Shown one piece after another: positions 38,815 to 48,652 of a DNA stretch of 64,000 nucleotides; positions within the stretch are counted from its first letter, which is position 1; every line of letters starts with the position of its first letter. The notes under the pieces are model-generated. The model made no database searches. It had not been told where the DNA came from and saw only the letters and a list, made by a program, of their open reading frames with translations. The position numbers and the translations under genes were made by a program. Source of the stretch: Candidatus Magasanikiibacteriota bacterium (GTDB lineage Bacteria; Patescibacteriota; Patescibacteriia; Magasanikbacterales; UBA922); the NCBI GenBank assembly GCA_018652595.1, contig JABIBU010000013.1:29043-93042 (forward strand), in the 5' to 3' direction.

Positions 38815-40065
38815 ATGAATAAACAAAAATTATCACAATTTGATCCAGATATTCAAGATGCAATCAATAAAGAACTAGACCGCCAAGAACATGGTTTGGA
38901 AATGATCCCATCGGAAAACTTTGTTTCATTGGCAGTTTTGGACTCTCTTGGGTCAATCCTGACTAACAAATATTCCGAAGGCTATCCCGGCAAGAGATAT
39001 TATGGTGGATGTGAATTTATTGATATTGTAGAGCAACTTGCAATAGATCGTGCCAAAGAAATCTTTGGAGCAGAACATGTAAATGTACAACCCTTGTCTG
39101 GTGCGCCAGCTAATATTGCGGTGTACTTTGGACTACTTGAACCTGGTGATACTATATTGGGAATGGATTTGTCTCATGGCGGACATCTGACTCATGGTCA
39201 CCCTGTGACCCACATGACAAAAGTATTTAATTTTATTAGATACAAAACTAATAGCGAAGGAAAAATTGATTTGGATAATTTGCGAGCTATGGCTATTGAG
39301 CACAAACCAAAATTAATTTTGGTTGGCTACAGCGCATACTCACGTGAAATTGAGTATGAAAAAATAAAAGCCATTGCTGACGAAGTCGGTGCTATGACTA
39401 TGGCAGATATTGCTCACATTGCAGGCCTAATTGCTGGCGGCGAGATGAATAATCCTGTGCCTATATTTGATGTAGTCACTACCACTACTCACAAAACACT
39501 CCGTGGACCTCGTGGTGGTATGATTATGTGCAAAGAAAAATTTGCAAAGCAAATTGATAAGTCAGTCTTCCCAGGATTTCAAGGTGGTCCTCATGAAAAT
39601 AATATTGCTGGCAAAGCAATTGCTTTCAAAGAAGCCTTACAACCAGACTTCAAAACTTATGCCAAGCAAATAAAAGCTAATGCCAAAGTTTTGGAACGCA
39701 AATTTAATGAATTTGGATATAAACTATGTTTTGGCGGAACTGACAACCACCTGCTTCTAATTGATGTGACTCCAAAAGGTATAACTGGTAAAATTGCTGA
39801 GAAAGCACTAGACAAGGCTGCCATTACAATAAATAAGAATATGATCCCAGATGATACACGCAGTCCATTTGACCCTTCTGGTATTAGACTTGGTACTCCA
39901 GCTTTGACAACTCGTGGTATGAAAGAACCTGAAATGGAAATTGTAGCTGACATGATTGAGAGAGTTCTAATGAATCATGAAGATGCAGAAGTTTTGGCAC
40001 AAGTAAAACAAGAAGTGAAAGAATTGACTGAGAAATTTCCACTTTATCCTGAATTGAAAAAATAA
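38815..40065 (+). CDS. glyA: Serine hydroxymethyltransferase
   Basis: [37 protein letters not shown]. Confidence 0.98.
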   Translation: MNKQKLSQFDPDIQDAINKELDRQEHGLEMIPSENFVSLAVLDSLGSILTNKYSEGYPGKRYYGGCEFIDIVEQLAIDRAKEIFGAEHVNVQPLSGAPANIAVYFGLLEPGDTILGMDLSHGGHLTHGHPVTHMTKVFNFIRYKTNSEGKIDLDNLRAMAIEHKPKLILVGYSAYSREIEYEKIKAIADEVGAMTMADIAHIAGLIAGGEMNNPVPIFDVVTTTTHKTLRGPRGGMIMCKEKFAKQIDKSVFPGFQGGPHENNIAGKAIAFKEALQPDFKTYAKQIKANAKVLERKFNEFGYKLCFGGTDNHLLLIDVTPKGITGKIAEKALDKAAITINKNMIPDDTRSPFDPSGIRLGTPALTTRGMKEPEMEIVADMIERVLMNHEDAEVLAQVKQEVKELTEKFPLYPELKK

Positions 40066-40068
40066 TAG

Positions 40069-40145
40069 CACACGGATTACACGGATCTAACGGATTTACA
40101 CAGATATAATCCGTTATAATCTGTTTAATCCATCTCATCTGTGTG
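40069..40145. repeat. Long hairpin built from 9-10 nt ACACGGATT / AATCCGT units
   Basis: ACACGGATT ACACGGATC TAACGGATT TACACAGAT then AATCCGTTAT AATCTGTTT AATCCATCTC ATCTGTGT. Confidence 0.85.
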
Positions 40146-40154
40146 CCATCAAAT

Positions 40155-40589
40155 ATGAAACACAAAATATCCTCAGAAAAAGAAATGATCGAATTCGGCA
40201 AAGACATTGCCACCAAACTCAATGGCGGTGATATTGTTTTGCTCTATGGCGATCTAGGGTCTGGTAAAACCACACTAACTAAAGGAATTGCTAGTTATTT
40301 TGGTATTGAAGATGTAGTAAGTCCTACTTTTACATTGATGCAGGAATACCAAATTAACAAGTCAGCAAGCACGCAAGTCAGCAAGTTTGTGCATATCGAT
40401 ACTTACAGACTTGAAGATGCGGAAGACCTGGTTGAAATTGGTGCAGAAGATTATTTGGGAGATGGAAATACTATTTGTATTATTGAGTGGCCGGAAAAGA
40501 TTGAAGGGCTACTTGCTGATAAGAAAGTTACTAAAATTATTATAGAACATGATGGAGAATATGGTAGGAGAATAAAAATAGAAGACTAA
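40155..40589 (+). CDS. tsaE: tRNA t6A biosynthesis ATPase TsaE
   Basis: GDLGSGKT, SPTF, HIDTYRL, IEW. Confidence 0.95.
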   Translation: MKHKISSEKEMIEFGKDIATKLNGGDIVLLYGDLGSGKTTLTKGIASYFGIEDVVSPTFTLMQEYQINKSASTQVSKFVHIDTYRLEDAEDLVEIGAEDYLGDGNTICIIEWPEKIEGLLADKKVTKIIIEHDGEYGRRIKIED

Positions 40590-40603
40590 AAGATTGTAAG
40601 ATT

Positions 40604-40635
40604 AAAAAAACCCAGCAATTACGCTGGGTTTTTTA
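40604..40635. terminator. Bidirectional terminator
   Basis: AAAAAAACCCAGC-loop-GCTGGGTTTTTTT. Confidence 0.8.
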
Positions 40636-40657
40636 TTTATCCTTATATATTATAATT

Positions 40658-41080
40658 CTATTTTTCATTCTCCACCTTATAAACCACAGATTTCAATCTA
40701 CTGTCAGGAAAACCTACATGTTGCCAATTATTAACCTTGTAACCTGCATCTTTCAAAGCCCTAGCAATCCTAGCTTTTTTATTTTCCAGATCTTCCAACT
40801 CAGTTAGTTCAGAGACATCATCAAAAATAATATCTACAGATGACATACCACCTTCTTCATTTATAAAATATACTTTTGCCTGTTTTCCAAAGATTTCCAT
40901 ATCAGCCATACCATTCTCAACAACCAAATCCCCAAAACCAAGATCTTCTTTTGCTTTGCTTAATTCTTCAGATGAAGCTATAGCCCTTGCTTTATCGTTT
41001 ACATAATCTCGCACTTCTTGACCCGGACCTTTTTGTTCCCCACCTTTTGGTTCACCACCAGATCTAATTTCAGAATCCAT
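40658..41080 (-). CDS. Hypothetical acidic protein
   Basis: 140-aa ORF with plausible composition, followed by a terminator. Confidence 0.7.
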   Translation of the reverse strand: MDSEIRSGGEPKGGEQKGPGQEVRDYVNDKARAIASSEELSKAKEDLGFGDLVVENGMADMEIFGKQAKVYFINEEGGMSSVDIIFDDVSELTELEDLENKKARIARALKDAGYKVNNWQHVGFPDSRLKSVVYKVENEK

Positions 41081-41124
41081 ATTTTTTATATTAAAACTAA
41101 TGAATTAATTGTATTATATTTTTA

Positions 41125-41658
41125 CTATTCTGTCAAACTATAAATGCAACCACAATAATCCTGTCGATAAATTCCCTTTTCATCTATCAATTTAGTCGCC
41201 TTTTCCTGACGACCTTTTTTCTTCCAGTCTTCTTCGAAAAATTTAATTCCGTATTTCTCCGCCACCTGTAAACCAATCGGATTAATTATTTCTGCATATT
41301 TATTTCGTCCACTAGTAAGGCTAGTTGCGAGCCAATCAAAGTTATTTTTACTAGCATACTCGGCTGACTTGTCTAGGCGCATTTCAAAACACACTGGACA
41401 TCTTTTTCCACCTTCTGGTTCGTCTTTATATTCCTCAGTTTTTTCAAACCATTCTTTTGGATTATATTCTTCTTCTATAAATTCTAAATTTAACTCTTTA
41501 CACAACTTTATTACTTCCTGCTTGCGCTTGTCATATTCTGTCTCTGGGTGAATATTAGAATTACAAAAATGCACTGTCACATCAAATTCTTGTGAAAGCT
41601 CTTCAAATATTGCTACTGAACATGGTCCGCAGCAAACGTGTAAGAGTAATTTTTGCAT
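41125..41658 (-). CDS. queH: Epoxyqueuosine reductase QueH
   Basis: LLHVCCGPCS, NIHP, RCPVCFEMRL, YRQDYCGCIYS. Confidence 0.93.
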   Translation of the reverse strand: MQKLLLHVCCGPCSVAIFEELSQEFDVTVHFCNSNIHPETEYDKRKQEVIKLCKELNLEFIEEEYNPKEWFEKTEEYKDEPEGGKRCPVCFEMRLDKSAEYASKNNFDWLATSLTSGRNKYAEIINPIGLQVAEKYGIKFFEEDWKKKGRQEKATKLIDEKGIYRQDYCGCIYSLTE

Positions 41659-41659
41659 A

Positions 41660-42952
41660 CTATTTTTTCTTCTTATCTTTTTGTGCACCCATATACTCCA
41701 ACCATCTAGTTAGTGCTTTTTTGAAATAATCTTTATTTTTTAATTGTTCTGGTAAATAATCCTGTTTTACTTCACCATCGATGTCAGGATTATATTTATA
41801 ATTCTTACCATAGCCAATATTTTTCATAAATTTCGTTGGTGCATTTCGGAGATGGATTGGAACACCTAGCTCTGAAGTTTTTCTAGCATCCATAGCTGCT
41901 TCTTCATAAGCCCTATACAAAACATTGGATTTTTTTGACTTGGCACAATATACCACAGCTTGAGCCAAATGCACAGAGCACTCAGGATAGCCAATCTTAT
42001 GACAAGCGTCGTAGGCAGCATTAGCCTGGATCATTGCCTCACTATTTGCCATACCTATGTCTTCTGAAGCAAATCGAAGCACTCGCCTAGCAATATATAA
42101 TGGATCAGATCCACCCTCTAGCATTCTTGCAAGCCAGTATAGTGAAGCATTTGCGTCACTTCCTCGCATAGATTTATGCAAAGCTGAAATTAAATTATAA
42201 AACTCCTCACCTCTTTTATCGAATACCAAATGTGTTCGCTGTAATGCTTCCTTAATATCATCCGCAGTCAACAAAACTTTAGACTTTTGACTCCTAAACT
42301 TTGATTTGAAAGCCAGTTCCAATCCATTGATTGCACTCCTAGCATCTCCACCAGATAATCCTGCTAGCAATTCCTTCACTTCATCACTTATCTCAATTTT
42401 ATAATTTCCCAATCCTCTGTCTTTATCATTTAAAATACTATCAATAATTTTCACAATATCTTTGACCTCTAAACTTTTTAAAATAAAAACTCGTGAGCGT
42501 GAAAGTAAAGCTCGGATTATCTCAAATGAAGGATTCTCAGTAGTAGCACCAATCAAAATTAACTTTCCTTTTTCTACATACGGAAGCAGTGCATCTTGCT
42601 GAGCCTTATTCCAACGGTGAATCTCATCAATGAACAAAATTGTTTTTTTGTTTTCATTATTCAAACGTTCTTCTGCTTCTAATACTACTTTTCTAAGATC
42701 AGCCTTTCCACTATTAACCCCTGATAAAACAGTAAAGTGTGAGTTGGTTTGCTTTGCTATAATATTTGCCAATGTAGTCTTCCCTACTCCTGGTGGACCC
42801 CAAAAGACTAACGACGACAAATCATCTTGCTCAATTAATTTGCGCAATATTTTACCTTTGCCTATTATTTCTTCTTGGCCAAAAAACTCGCCCAAAGAGC
42901 GAGGTCTCATCTTGTCTGCCAAAGGCTGTGTTTTTACTTGTTGTTGTACCAT
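41660..42952 (-). CDS. rarA: Replication-associated recombination AAA+ ATPase RarA/MgsA
   Basis: PLADKMRP, GPPGVGKTT, DEIHRWNKAQQD, SALHKSMRGSD. Confidence 0.96.
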   Translation of the reverse strand: MVQQQVKTQPLADKMRPRSLGEFFGQEEIIGKGKILRKLIEQDDLSSLVFWGPPGVGKTTLANIIAKQTNSHFTVLSGVNSGKADLRKVVLEAEERLNNENKKTILFIDEIHRWNKAQQDALLPYVEKGKLILIGATTENPSFEIIRALLSRSRVFILKSLEVKDIVKIIDSILNDKDRGLGNYKIEISDEVKELLAGLSGGDARSAINGLELAFKSKFRSQKSKVLLTADDIKEALQRTHLVFDKRGEEFYNLISALHKSMRGSDANASLYWLARMLEGGSDPLYIARRVLRFASEDIGMANSEAMIQANAAYDACHKIGYPECSVHLAQAVVYCAKSKKSNVLYRAYEEAAMDARKTSELGVPIHLRNAPTKFMKNIGYGKNYKYNPDIDGEVKQDYLPEQLKNKDYFKKALTRWLEYMGAQKDKKKK

Positions 42953-44022
42953 ATTTTATGCAACTTGAACGCAATTTTTTCTTTCATCTTATGCCATTTT
43001 CCACTTTCCAAAATAATATCATCAATTTTTTTAGCTTTTTTTATCCATTTACGAACCACACTCTTCAAATTTTTTACTAGACGCTTATCTCGAATCTGAA
43101 CATTTGCTTCGTAATTGTCATAAAAACTAGTTTGATCTAGATTACTACTTCCCACAATTGCCAAATCATCATCTACTATCATACCCTTGCCATGCATCAT
43201 ACCTGATGTCATATGAATTTTTACACCCATCTTTTTTAAGAGCGAAAACCAGCCATATATAGCATAATTTGCAACCCTCACATCACTACGAAAAGGAATA
43301 AGCAAATCAACTTTTACGCCACGTTTTCTGGCTTTCCACAAAGCATAAAGAAACTTTTTATCAGGAAAATAATAAGGGGAAAATAAAATAACCCTTTCTC
43401 TAGCTTTTAATAATGCTTCACTATATTTCTTTCTCATCTTAGAACTTTTTTCGCTGGCCTCACCATATATAAAATCAATCTTATCACTCTCTACTCTAAA
43501 TTTGTATTTTAATAAATGTTTTACTTGTTTTTTGTCTCCACCACAAATAATATATTGCTTGGCAAAAGAACGCAGTAATGACCTTACAGCCTTACCTTTT
43601 AGCTCTACTTGAATATCAAGCCAATCTTCCATATTGCTTTGGATATTCACCCCACCAATAAATCCAATCTTTTCATCGACTATTAATATCTTACGATGAT
43701 TGAGAGTAATGAATCTCTTCCAAAGACCTCGGTAGCGCAATTTTCTCTCGCTAAATAATTTTACATCCACACCCGCTTTTTTTAGACTCGCTATTCTCTT
43801 TCGAGATAATCCAAAACTACCCCAATAGTCAACGATTAGCTTTACATCCAAACCCTCGCCTGCTTTCTTCTCAAGCAAGTCAAAAAACGGCTTCCCAGCC
43901 TCATCATCCACAAAGATATACAATTCCCAATAAATTGACTCAGTGGCACCCAAAATAGCCCTATGCATAGCATCCCAGGCCTGTTTGGAGGTAGAATAGA
44001 TTTTATAATCTGACAATCTCAT
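42934..44022 (-). CDS. cls: Cardiolipin synthase-like phospholipase D (ClsB type, no N-terminal TM)
   Basis: NHRKILIVD and HGKGMIVD HKD motifs; GSSNLD. Confidence 0.9.
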   Translation of the reverse strand: MRLSDYKIYSTSKQAWDAMHRAILGATESIYWELYIFVDDEAGKPFFDLLEKKAGEGLDVKLIVDYWGSFGLSRKRIASLKKAGVDVKLFSERKLRYRGLWKRFITLNHRKILIVDEKIGFIGGVNIQSNMEDWLDIQVELKGKAVRSLLRSFAKQYIICGGDKKQVKHLLKYKFRVESDKIDFIYGEASEKSSKMRKKYSEALLKARERVILFSPYYFPDKKFLYALWKARKRGVKVDLLIPFRSDVRVANYAIYGWFSLLKKMGVKIHMTSGMMHGKGMIVDDDLAIVGSSNLDQTSFYDNYEANVQIRDKRLVKNLKSVVRKWIKKAKKIDDIILESGKWHKMKEKIAFKLHKIWYNNK

Positions 44023-44034
44023 AATTTTATTCAC

Positions 44035-44145
44035 TGTCATCCCGACCGTAGTGGAGGGATCCCTTTTGTATGGTGATTATTTTATATTATTAAATGCGAA
44101 GTCCGAGACACTAAAAGAGATTCCTCGGCTTCGCTCGGAATGACA
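44035..44145. repeat. Inverted pair of REP-like elements TGTCATCCCGA..GAGGGATCCC / GAGATTCCTCGG..TCGGAATGACA
   Basis: 44035-44063 and 44117-44145; same family at 46969 and 58719/59429. Confidence 0.85.
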
Positions 44146-44151
44146 ATTGAA

Positions 44152-44211
44152 ATACATAACATCCCAGGCTTGTTTGGAGGTGGGATAGATTTTGTAATCC
44201 GAAAGTCTCAT
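44152..44211 (-). pseudogene. Diverged duplicate of the first ~20 codons of cls, opening a 44-aa ORF that ends at 44077
   Basis: MRLSDYKIYPTSKQAWDVMY versus cls MRLSDYKIYSTSKQAWDAMH. Confidence 0.85.
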
Positions 44212-44264
44212 ATATATCAATATATAACAAAAAACCGCTTTAATCAAGCGGTTCCTTATTTTTA

Positions 44265-44954
44265 CTATTTTACAACCGTTCCCTTAAACTTCTTCCCACT
44301 TATTACCTTCTCCACCTCTTTCAAACTAGTTCCTTTTAAAATACTCACTTTCAGCCCCAACTTTTCTGCTAGAGCACTGGCCATTGGATCAAATGGAACG
44401 TTTTTGCCAGGTACCCATTTGTAACCAACAACATCTTTTCTAAAATCTTTCCAATTTGTTTCTTCAATCTTTTTGGCATTTTTATATTTGTTTGGATCTT
44501 TGTCATAAACGTATTCTATGTTGGACAAGTTTATAACTTCCTTGGCTCCGTATGTCTTGGCAAGTAATACTGCGTCTTTGTCAGAGGAACATCCTGGTTT
44601 CAAAGCGCCTGCAATTATGATTGATTTGTTTGTCTTTACTTTTTTATTTGGATCAAGAACTATTTCTTTATAAGCATGATCCTTGAACATGTATTTTACA
44701 AACTGAGCATTAAACGTAATTGAATGGATTCCAATCCAATCCAAATCATCATTACTAAGCTTACTCACTTTACCAGCAGCCTGCTGATAGTTACGGCAAG
44801 TTGCTCCACCACCAATAACCAAAATAAACTTATCACCTTTTTTTACTTGTCTTAAAATCAAAGCCTTAAACTTTTTTAGAAAATTTATATCAAAACCAGT
44901 CTTTGGAATAACAATTGATCCACCAACGGAAATTATTTTATAATTATTTTTCAT
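44265..44954 (-). CDS. pyrH: UMP kinase, archaeal-type
   Basis: ISVGGS, GGGATCR, PGCSSD, VYDKDP, FDPMA. Confidence 0.92.
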   Translation of the reverse strand: MKNNYKIISVGGSIVIPKTGFDINFLKKFKALILRQVKKGDKFILVIGGGATCRNYQQAAGKVSKLSNDDLDWIGIHSITFNAQFVKYMFKDHAYKEIVLDPNKKVKTNKSIIIAGALKPGCSSDKDAVLLAKTYGAKEVINLSNIEYVYDKDPNKYKNAKKIEETNWKDFRKDVVGYKWVPGKNVPFDPMASALAEKLGLKVSILKGTSLKEVEKVISGKKFKGTVVK

Positions 44955-44960
44955 AATAAT

Positions 44961-45046
44961 AAAGCAGATTAAGTATTAAGCAGAGTAAGCAGATTAAGTA
45001 TTTTAGTTTGTAAGCTTATTCTGCTTACTATACTTATCCTGCTTAC
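44961..45046. repeat. Gene-less inverted pair of TAAGCAGA / TCTGCTTA arrays
   Basis: AAGCAGAT TAAGTAT TAAGCAGAG TAAGCAGAT TAAGTAT ... GCTTATTC TGCTTAC TATACTTATCC TGCTTAC. Confidence 0.85.
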
Positions 45047-45053
45047 AACTGTT

Positions 45054-45392
45054 CTATTTTTTTAATAAACCAGATACGATCCAACTCACTACACTCAAAA
45101 TTAAAGCACCCCAAAATGCTGGCATAAATCCTGCAACATCAAAACCTTTTATAAAACTTGCCACAAACCAAAATAATAGTGCATTAATTACAAAAGTAAA
45201 CAAACCTAAGGTTAATATATTTACTGGCAAAGTCAGAATTACTAAAATCGGCTTAAGAACTGCGTTAACTAGACCCAAAACAAAAGCGGTAATAAGTGCT
45301 GCGTACCAACCAGAGACTTCCATACCTGGTAGATAGTACGCTAGCAAAAGCAGTGTACCGGCATTTATCACCCAACGAGTTAATAATTTCAT
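45054..45392 (-). CDS. YvlD-like ('phage holin family') four-TM protein
   Basis: LVNAVLKPILVILTLPVNILTLGLFTFVINAL. Confidence 0.9.
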   Translation of the reverse strand: MKLLTRWVINAGTLLLLAYYLPGMEVSGWYAALITAFVLGLVNAVLKPILVILTLPVNILTLGLFTFVINALLFWFVASFIKGFDVAGFMPAFWGALILSVVSWIVSGLLKK

Positions 45393-45433
45393 ATATTTTA
45401 TTTAGTAGTGATAGTAGTATTCTAACAAAAAAT

Positions 45434-46345
45434 TTAATTAATTACAACCTCAATCTCTTCTCCCACTTCGACTGATATATCACCTTGTAGATCAGTGCGC
45501 CACACAGTACTGGATACTCGTTCAAGACGCTTCAAAATCCGCCTAGAAGGATGGCCGAAATTATTTCCCAACCCACATGATACCACTGTATCAAACGGCG
45601 TAGAGACATCAACAAAATCTTGGACTGATGATCCTCCACTACCATGGTGTCCAGCCTTTAATAAATCTGTATCTAGTTGATCACCATAAATACTGAGCAA
45701 ATATTCTTCTAATTCTGCTTCGGCATCAGCCATCATGAGGATTTCATTTCCCTCGTGTTCAAGCTCAAAAATAATTGAAGTGTTATTGCCATTAGTTTCT
45801 TTGTCTAAACCAGGAATTTTTGGATCATCAGCAATAGAATGATCTGGATATAAAAAATGTAAAGTAGTACTAGCGATCTCCCAAACGTCTTCTCTGTCTA
45901 TTTCAATATAATTTGCTTGGCTCTCCTGAACTGCCTGCCACCAAGAATTCCACATCTCATCATAATCTTTTATCAGACCATTATAAATTATATTTTTTAC
46001 TTCAAAACGATTTAAAACTTCTTCACACCCACCATAATGATCCAAATCTGGATGCGTGATAAGTAAATAATCAATATCATGATCCCAATACTCCATCACT
46101 CGCCCTAGAGCCTCTATTACTCGCCCATCAATTGCACAATCCACGAGCATCTGTTGACCATCGGTAAATTCAATAAACGTTGCGTCACCCTGCCCGACAT
46201 CTAGAAAAGTTATTTTTAATTTAGCATCTTCGAGACTTTCCAAAGTTGGATTTATACCTGTTTTTACCTCATCTTTTTTTAGAAAAAAAAGCAGACCTAA
46301 CACAACTAATAGTAATATAAAAATAATAGTAATTGCTTTTTGCAT
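45434..46345 (-). CDS. ComEC/Rec2-like metallo-beta-lactamase-fold nuclease, stand-alone
   Basis: FLDVGQGD, THPDLDHYGG, GHHGS, FGHP, RTD. Confidence 0.9.
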   Translation of the reverse strand: MQKAITIIFILLLVVLGLLFFLKKDEVKTGINPTLESLEDAKLKITFLDVGQGDATFIEFTDGQQMLVDCAIDGRVIEALGRVMEYWDHDIDYLLITHPDLDHYGGCEEVLNRFEVKNIIYNGLIKDYDEMWNSWWQAVQESQANYIEIDREDVWEIASTTLHFLYPDHSIADDPKIPGLDKETNGNNTSIIFELEHEGNEILMMADAEAELEEYLLSIYGDQLDTDLLKAGHHGSGGSSVQDFVDVSTPFDTVVSCGLGNNFGHPSRRILKRLERVSSTVWRTDLQGDISVEVGEEIEVVIN

Positions 46346-46348
46346 AAA

Positions 46349-46948
46349 TTACTTACTAGCCAAAACAATCTGATTCACCCAAGTTTCTCCCTCTCTGACA
46401 AACTCTTCTTTTTCAATTCCAAAAGCTAAATTCTCTAGCTCCTCAATTACTTTTTCTGGTTTGTGATAGTATGAATCAATTTCGACCAGACCTTCCTTTG
46501 TCTTTACGGCTGGAGCTTTGCGCTGATTGATATTAGTTACAAGGAATAATCCACCTGGTCTTAAAACTCGATAGGCTTCATCAAAAAATATTTTTAAATC
46601 CTTCAAATGCACTATTAAGAAAGTTGCAATTACAATATCAAAACTTTCATCTGGAAAATCTAAGTTCTCAACATCACCAATTGCTTTTTTAATTTTAACA
46701 TTTTTTATTTTCTTGAGTATCTCTTCTGCTACATCCAGGGCTGTCACTTCCGCCCCCTTTTCGGCCAATCTAAGTGATAGTCGCCCTGCCCCAGCACCAG
46801 CATCTAATACAGCTTTACCACTTAGATCACCTAGCAAAGATAAGACTCTATCTTTTTCAAAACTATCCCAATATTTTGATTTCTTATTATAGTAATCAGC
46901 TGTAAGGTTATATCCTTCTTTTGAATCTAAAATTTTTATTTTTGGCAT
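46349..46948 (-). CDS. Class I SAM-dependent methyltransferase
   Basis: VLDAGAGAG, ESFDIV, RVLRPGG. Confidence 0.88.
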   Translation of the reverse strand: MPKIKILDSKEGYNLTADYYNKKSKYWDSFEKDRVLSLLGDLSGKAVLDAGAGAGRLSLRLAEKGAEVTALDVAEEILKKIKNVKIKKAIGDVENLDFPDESFDIVIATFLIVHLKDLKIFFDEAYRVLRPGGLFLVTNINQRKAPAVKTKEGLVEIDSYYHKPEKVIEELENLAFGIEKEEFVREGETWVNQIVLASK

Positions 46949-46968
46949 ATTAGTTTTTTATTTTTCTC

Positions 46969-47074
46969 GTCATTGCGAGGAGGAGGTACGACGACGCGGC
47001 AATCTCATTGAACTAGCAACGTAGATAACCCACTGGAATTACTTCGTCATGTATTCTCATTCCTCGCAATAACG
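46969..47074. repeat. Inverted REP-like pair GTCATTGCGAGG..GCAATCTC; the second copy encodes the ComEC C-terminus
   Basis: 46969-47006, and minus-strand GTTATTGCGAGGAATGAGAATACATGACGAAGTAATTCC. Confidence 0.8.
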
Positions 47075-48543
47075 GTGTTATTTTTCTTATAAATCCAATA
47101 AAACATTGTTAAATACAACAATACCATTACAACTACACCAATCTGCAGATCTACGGCAGCAAATTTCAGTCCAGCAAACCATTTTACCACCACTGTTATA
47201 TATTGTAACCCAACCCAGGCTATCCATGCAACTAGCTCACCAAGTGGAAAAAGTATAAAGCTAAATATAACAGAAACAAAACCTAAAAGCATTATAAGCG
47301 GTATGATCCACAAAATCAAGACATTGACTATTGGTGCTACAATTGATAGCCGACCAAACTGAAATAGTATAAGAGGTAAAGTAGATATAATTGCCGCCAA
47401 AGTGGATATAATACTTTCCCTAATTCCCAACACTTCTGGAACATGTACGAACCAATCTCGAATAAGTGGCGTGAGATATACGAGTCCCAAAGTAGCAATA
47501 AAAGATAGCTGAAAACCTGCATCCCAAATCAAAATTAAAGGATTGTGGATTGTCATAACCACAGCTGTGAGAACCATTACATTTCCCACATTTGATGTCC
47601 TCCCCATTTGTTTGGCTAGCAAGACTATAACACCCATAATTCCAGCTCGAACGACCGAAGCACTAGCCCCAGCAAAAAGAACAAACAAAATAATTCCAAC
47701 TGTAATAAACCAAAAAGCTTTTTTGCGCGGGATAAGCAAGTGAACACAAATTGTGATCAATACCGTTGCGATAATACTAATATTATATCCAGATATTGCA
47801 ACAATATGTGTGACACCTGTTCGGCTAAATAGCTCATTCAATTCTCCCAAGCCACCACGATAACCATAAAGCAGGCCTGCCATAAAACTGGCATTTGGCT
47901 CGTGCCAAAGCTTGTTTATCCTACTAGCCACAACTTGTTTCAAACTAAAAATACCACGAAACAAAAAATTACCTTCGCCATCCCCTATTTTTTCGATCTT
48001 TGCTCCCTGACAAATTGCAAATACCTTGTACCTGGCCAAATACATATCATAACGAAAATCCTCTATTGTCTCTGGTTTTTCTAATTCACATTTTAATTTT
48101 AATTTATCACCATAATTATATCGTGGATATAGATTTTGTTTTAGATATATTTTTCCTTGAATATTTTGTTTTGTAGACGCAAAATTTTGCGTCTCTACAA
48201 TATATCTGACCCCGTCCATTCTTACATCTGGTTCGGCACTTACATATCCTATTAATTCTATTTTTTGTTCTGTATAATTATTAACATGATTTTGGCTAAT
48301 TGGAAACGCCAGTAAATATCTTCCAACACCTAACACAGCTAACAGAAAACAAATTATAATAAATCTTTTATTTTTATCAGACCAGTAAATAATCAAAAAT
48401 GTAGCAGCGATAAATAATGCTAAATACAAATAAATAAAATCGAATTTTAATTCCAATAGTGATGTAATAGCCACGCCCAAAATAAAACAAAAACAAAACG
48501 TCAAAAACGTCTTGCTTTTTGATTGTGTTATTTTCTTTATCAT
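47047..48543 (-). CDS. comEC: Competence DNA-uptake channel ComEC (OB + Competence domains)
   Basis: TGVTHIVAISGYN, SVVRAGIM, GFQLSF; SD AGGAGG before ATG 48543. Confidence 0.93.
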   Translation of the reverse strand: MIKKITQSKSKTFLTFCFCFILGVAITSLLELKFDFIYLYLALFIAATFLIIYWSDKNKRFIIICFLLAVLGVGRYLLAFPISQNHVNNYTEQKIELIGYVSAEPDVRMDGVRYIVETQNFASTKQNIQGKIYLKQNLYPRYNYGDKLKLKCELEKPETIEDFRYDMYLARYKVFAICQGAKIEKIGDGEGNFLFRGIFSLKQVVASRINKLWHEPNASFMAGLLYGYRGGLGELNELFSRTGVTHIVAISGYNISIIATVLITICVHLLIPRKKAFWFITVGIILFVLFAGASASVVRAGIMGVIVLLAKQMGRTSNVGNVMVLTAVVMTIHNPLILIWDAGFQLSFIATLGLVYLTPLIRDWFVHVPEVLGIRESIISTLAAIISTLPLILFQFGRLSIVAPIVNVLILWIIPLIMLLGFVSVIFSFILFPLGELVAWIAWVGLQYITVVVKWFAGLKFAAVDLQIGVVVMVLLYLTMFYWIYKKNNTVIARNENT

Positions 48544-48569
48544 ATCCTCCTTGATAAAAGATTGATGGC

Positions 48570-48645
48570 ACGCCAATTTCCACAATACCCACAATCAACC
48601 ACAATTATAATTGTGGTAAATTTTGGTAATTATGGTGATTGGCGT
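48570..48645. repeat. Long hairpin built from 9-10 nt CCACAAT / ATTGTGG units between leuS and comEC
   Basis: ACGCCAAT TTCCACAAT ACCCACAAT CAACCACAAT TATA ATTGTGGTAA ATTTTGGTA ATTATGGTG ATTGGCGT. Confidence 0.85.
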
Positions 48646-48652
48646 TCTATTT

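Noticed and set aside
45054-45392. Prophage suggested by a 'phage holin family' gene
   Set aside because: This YvlD-like family is commonly chromosomal, and no phage genes are nearby.
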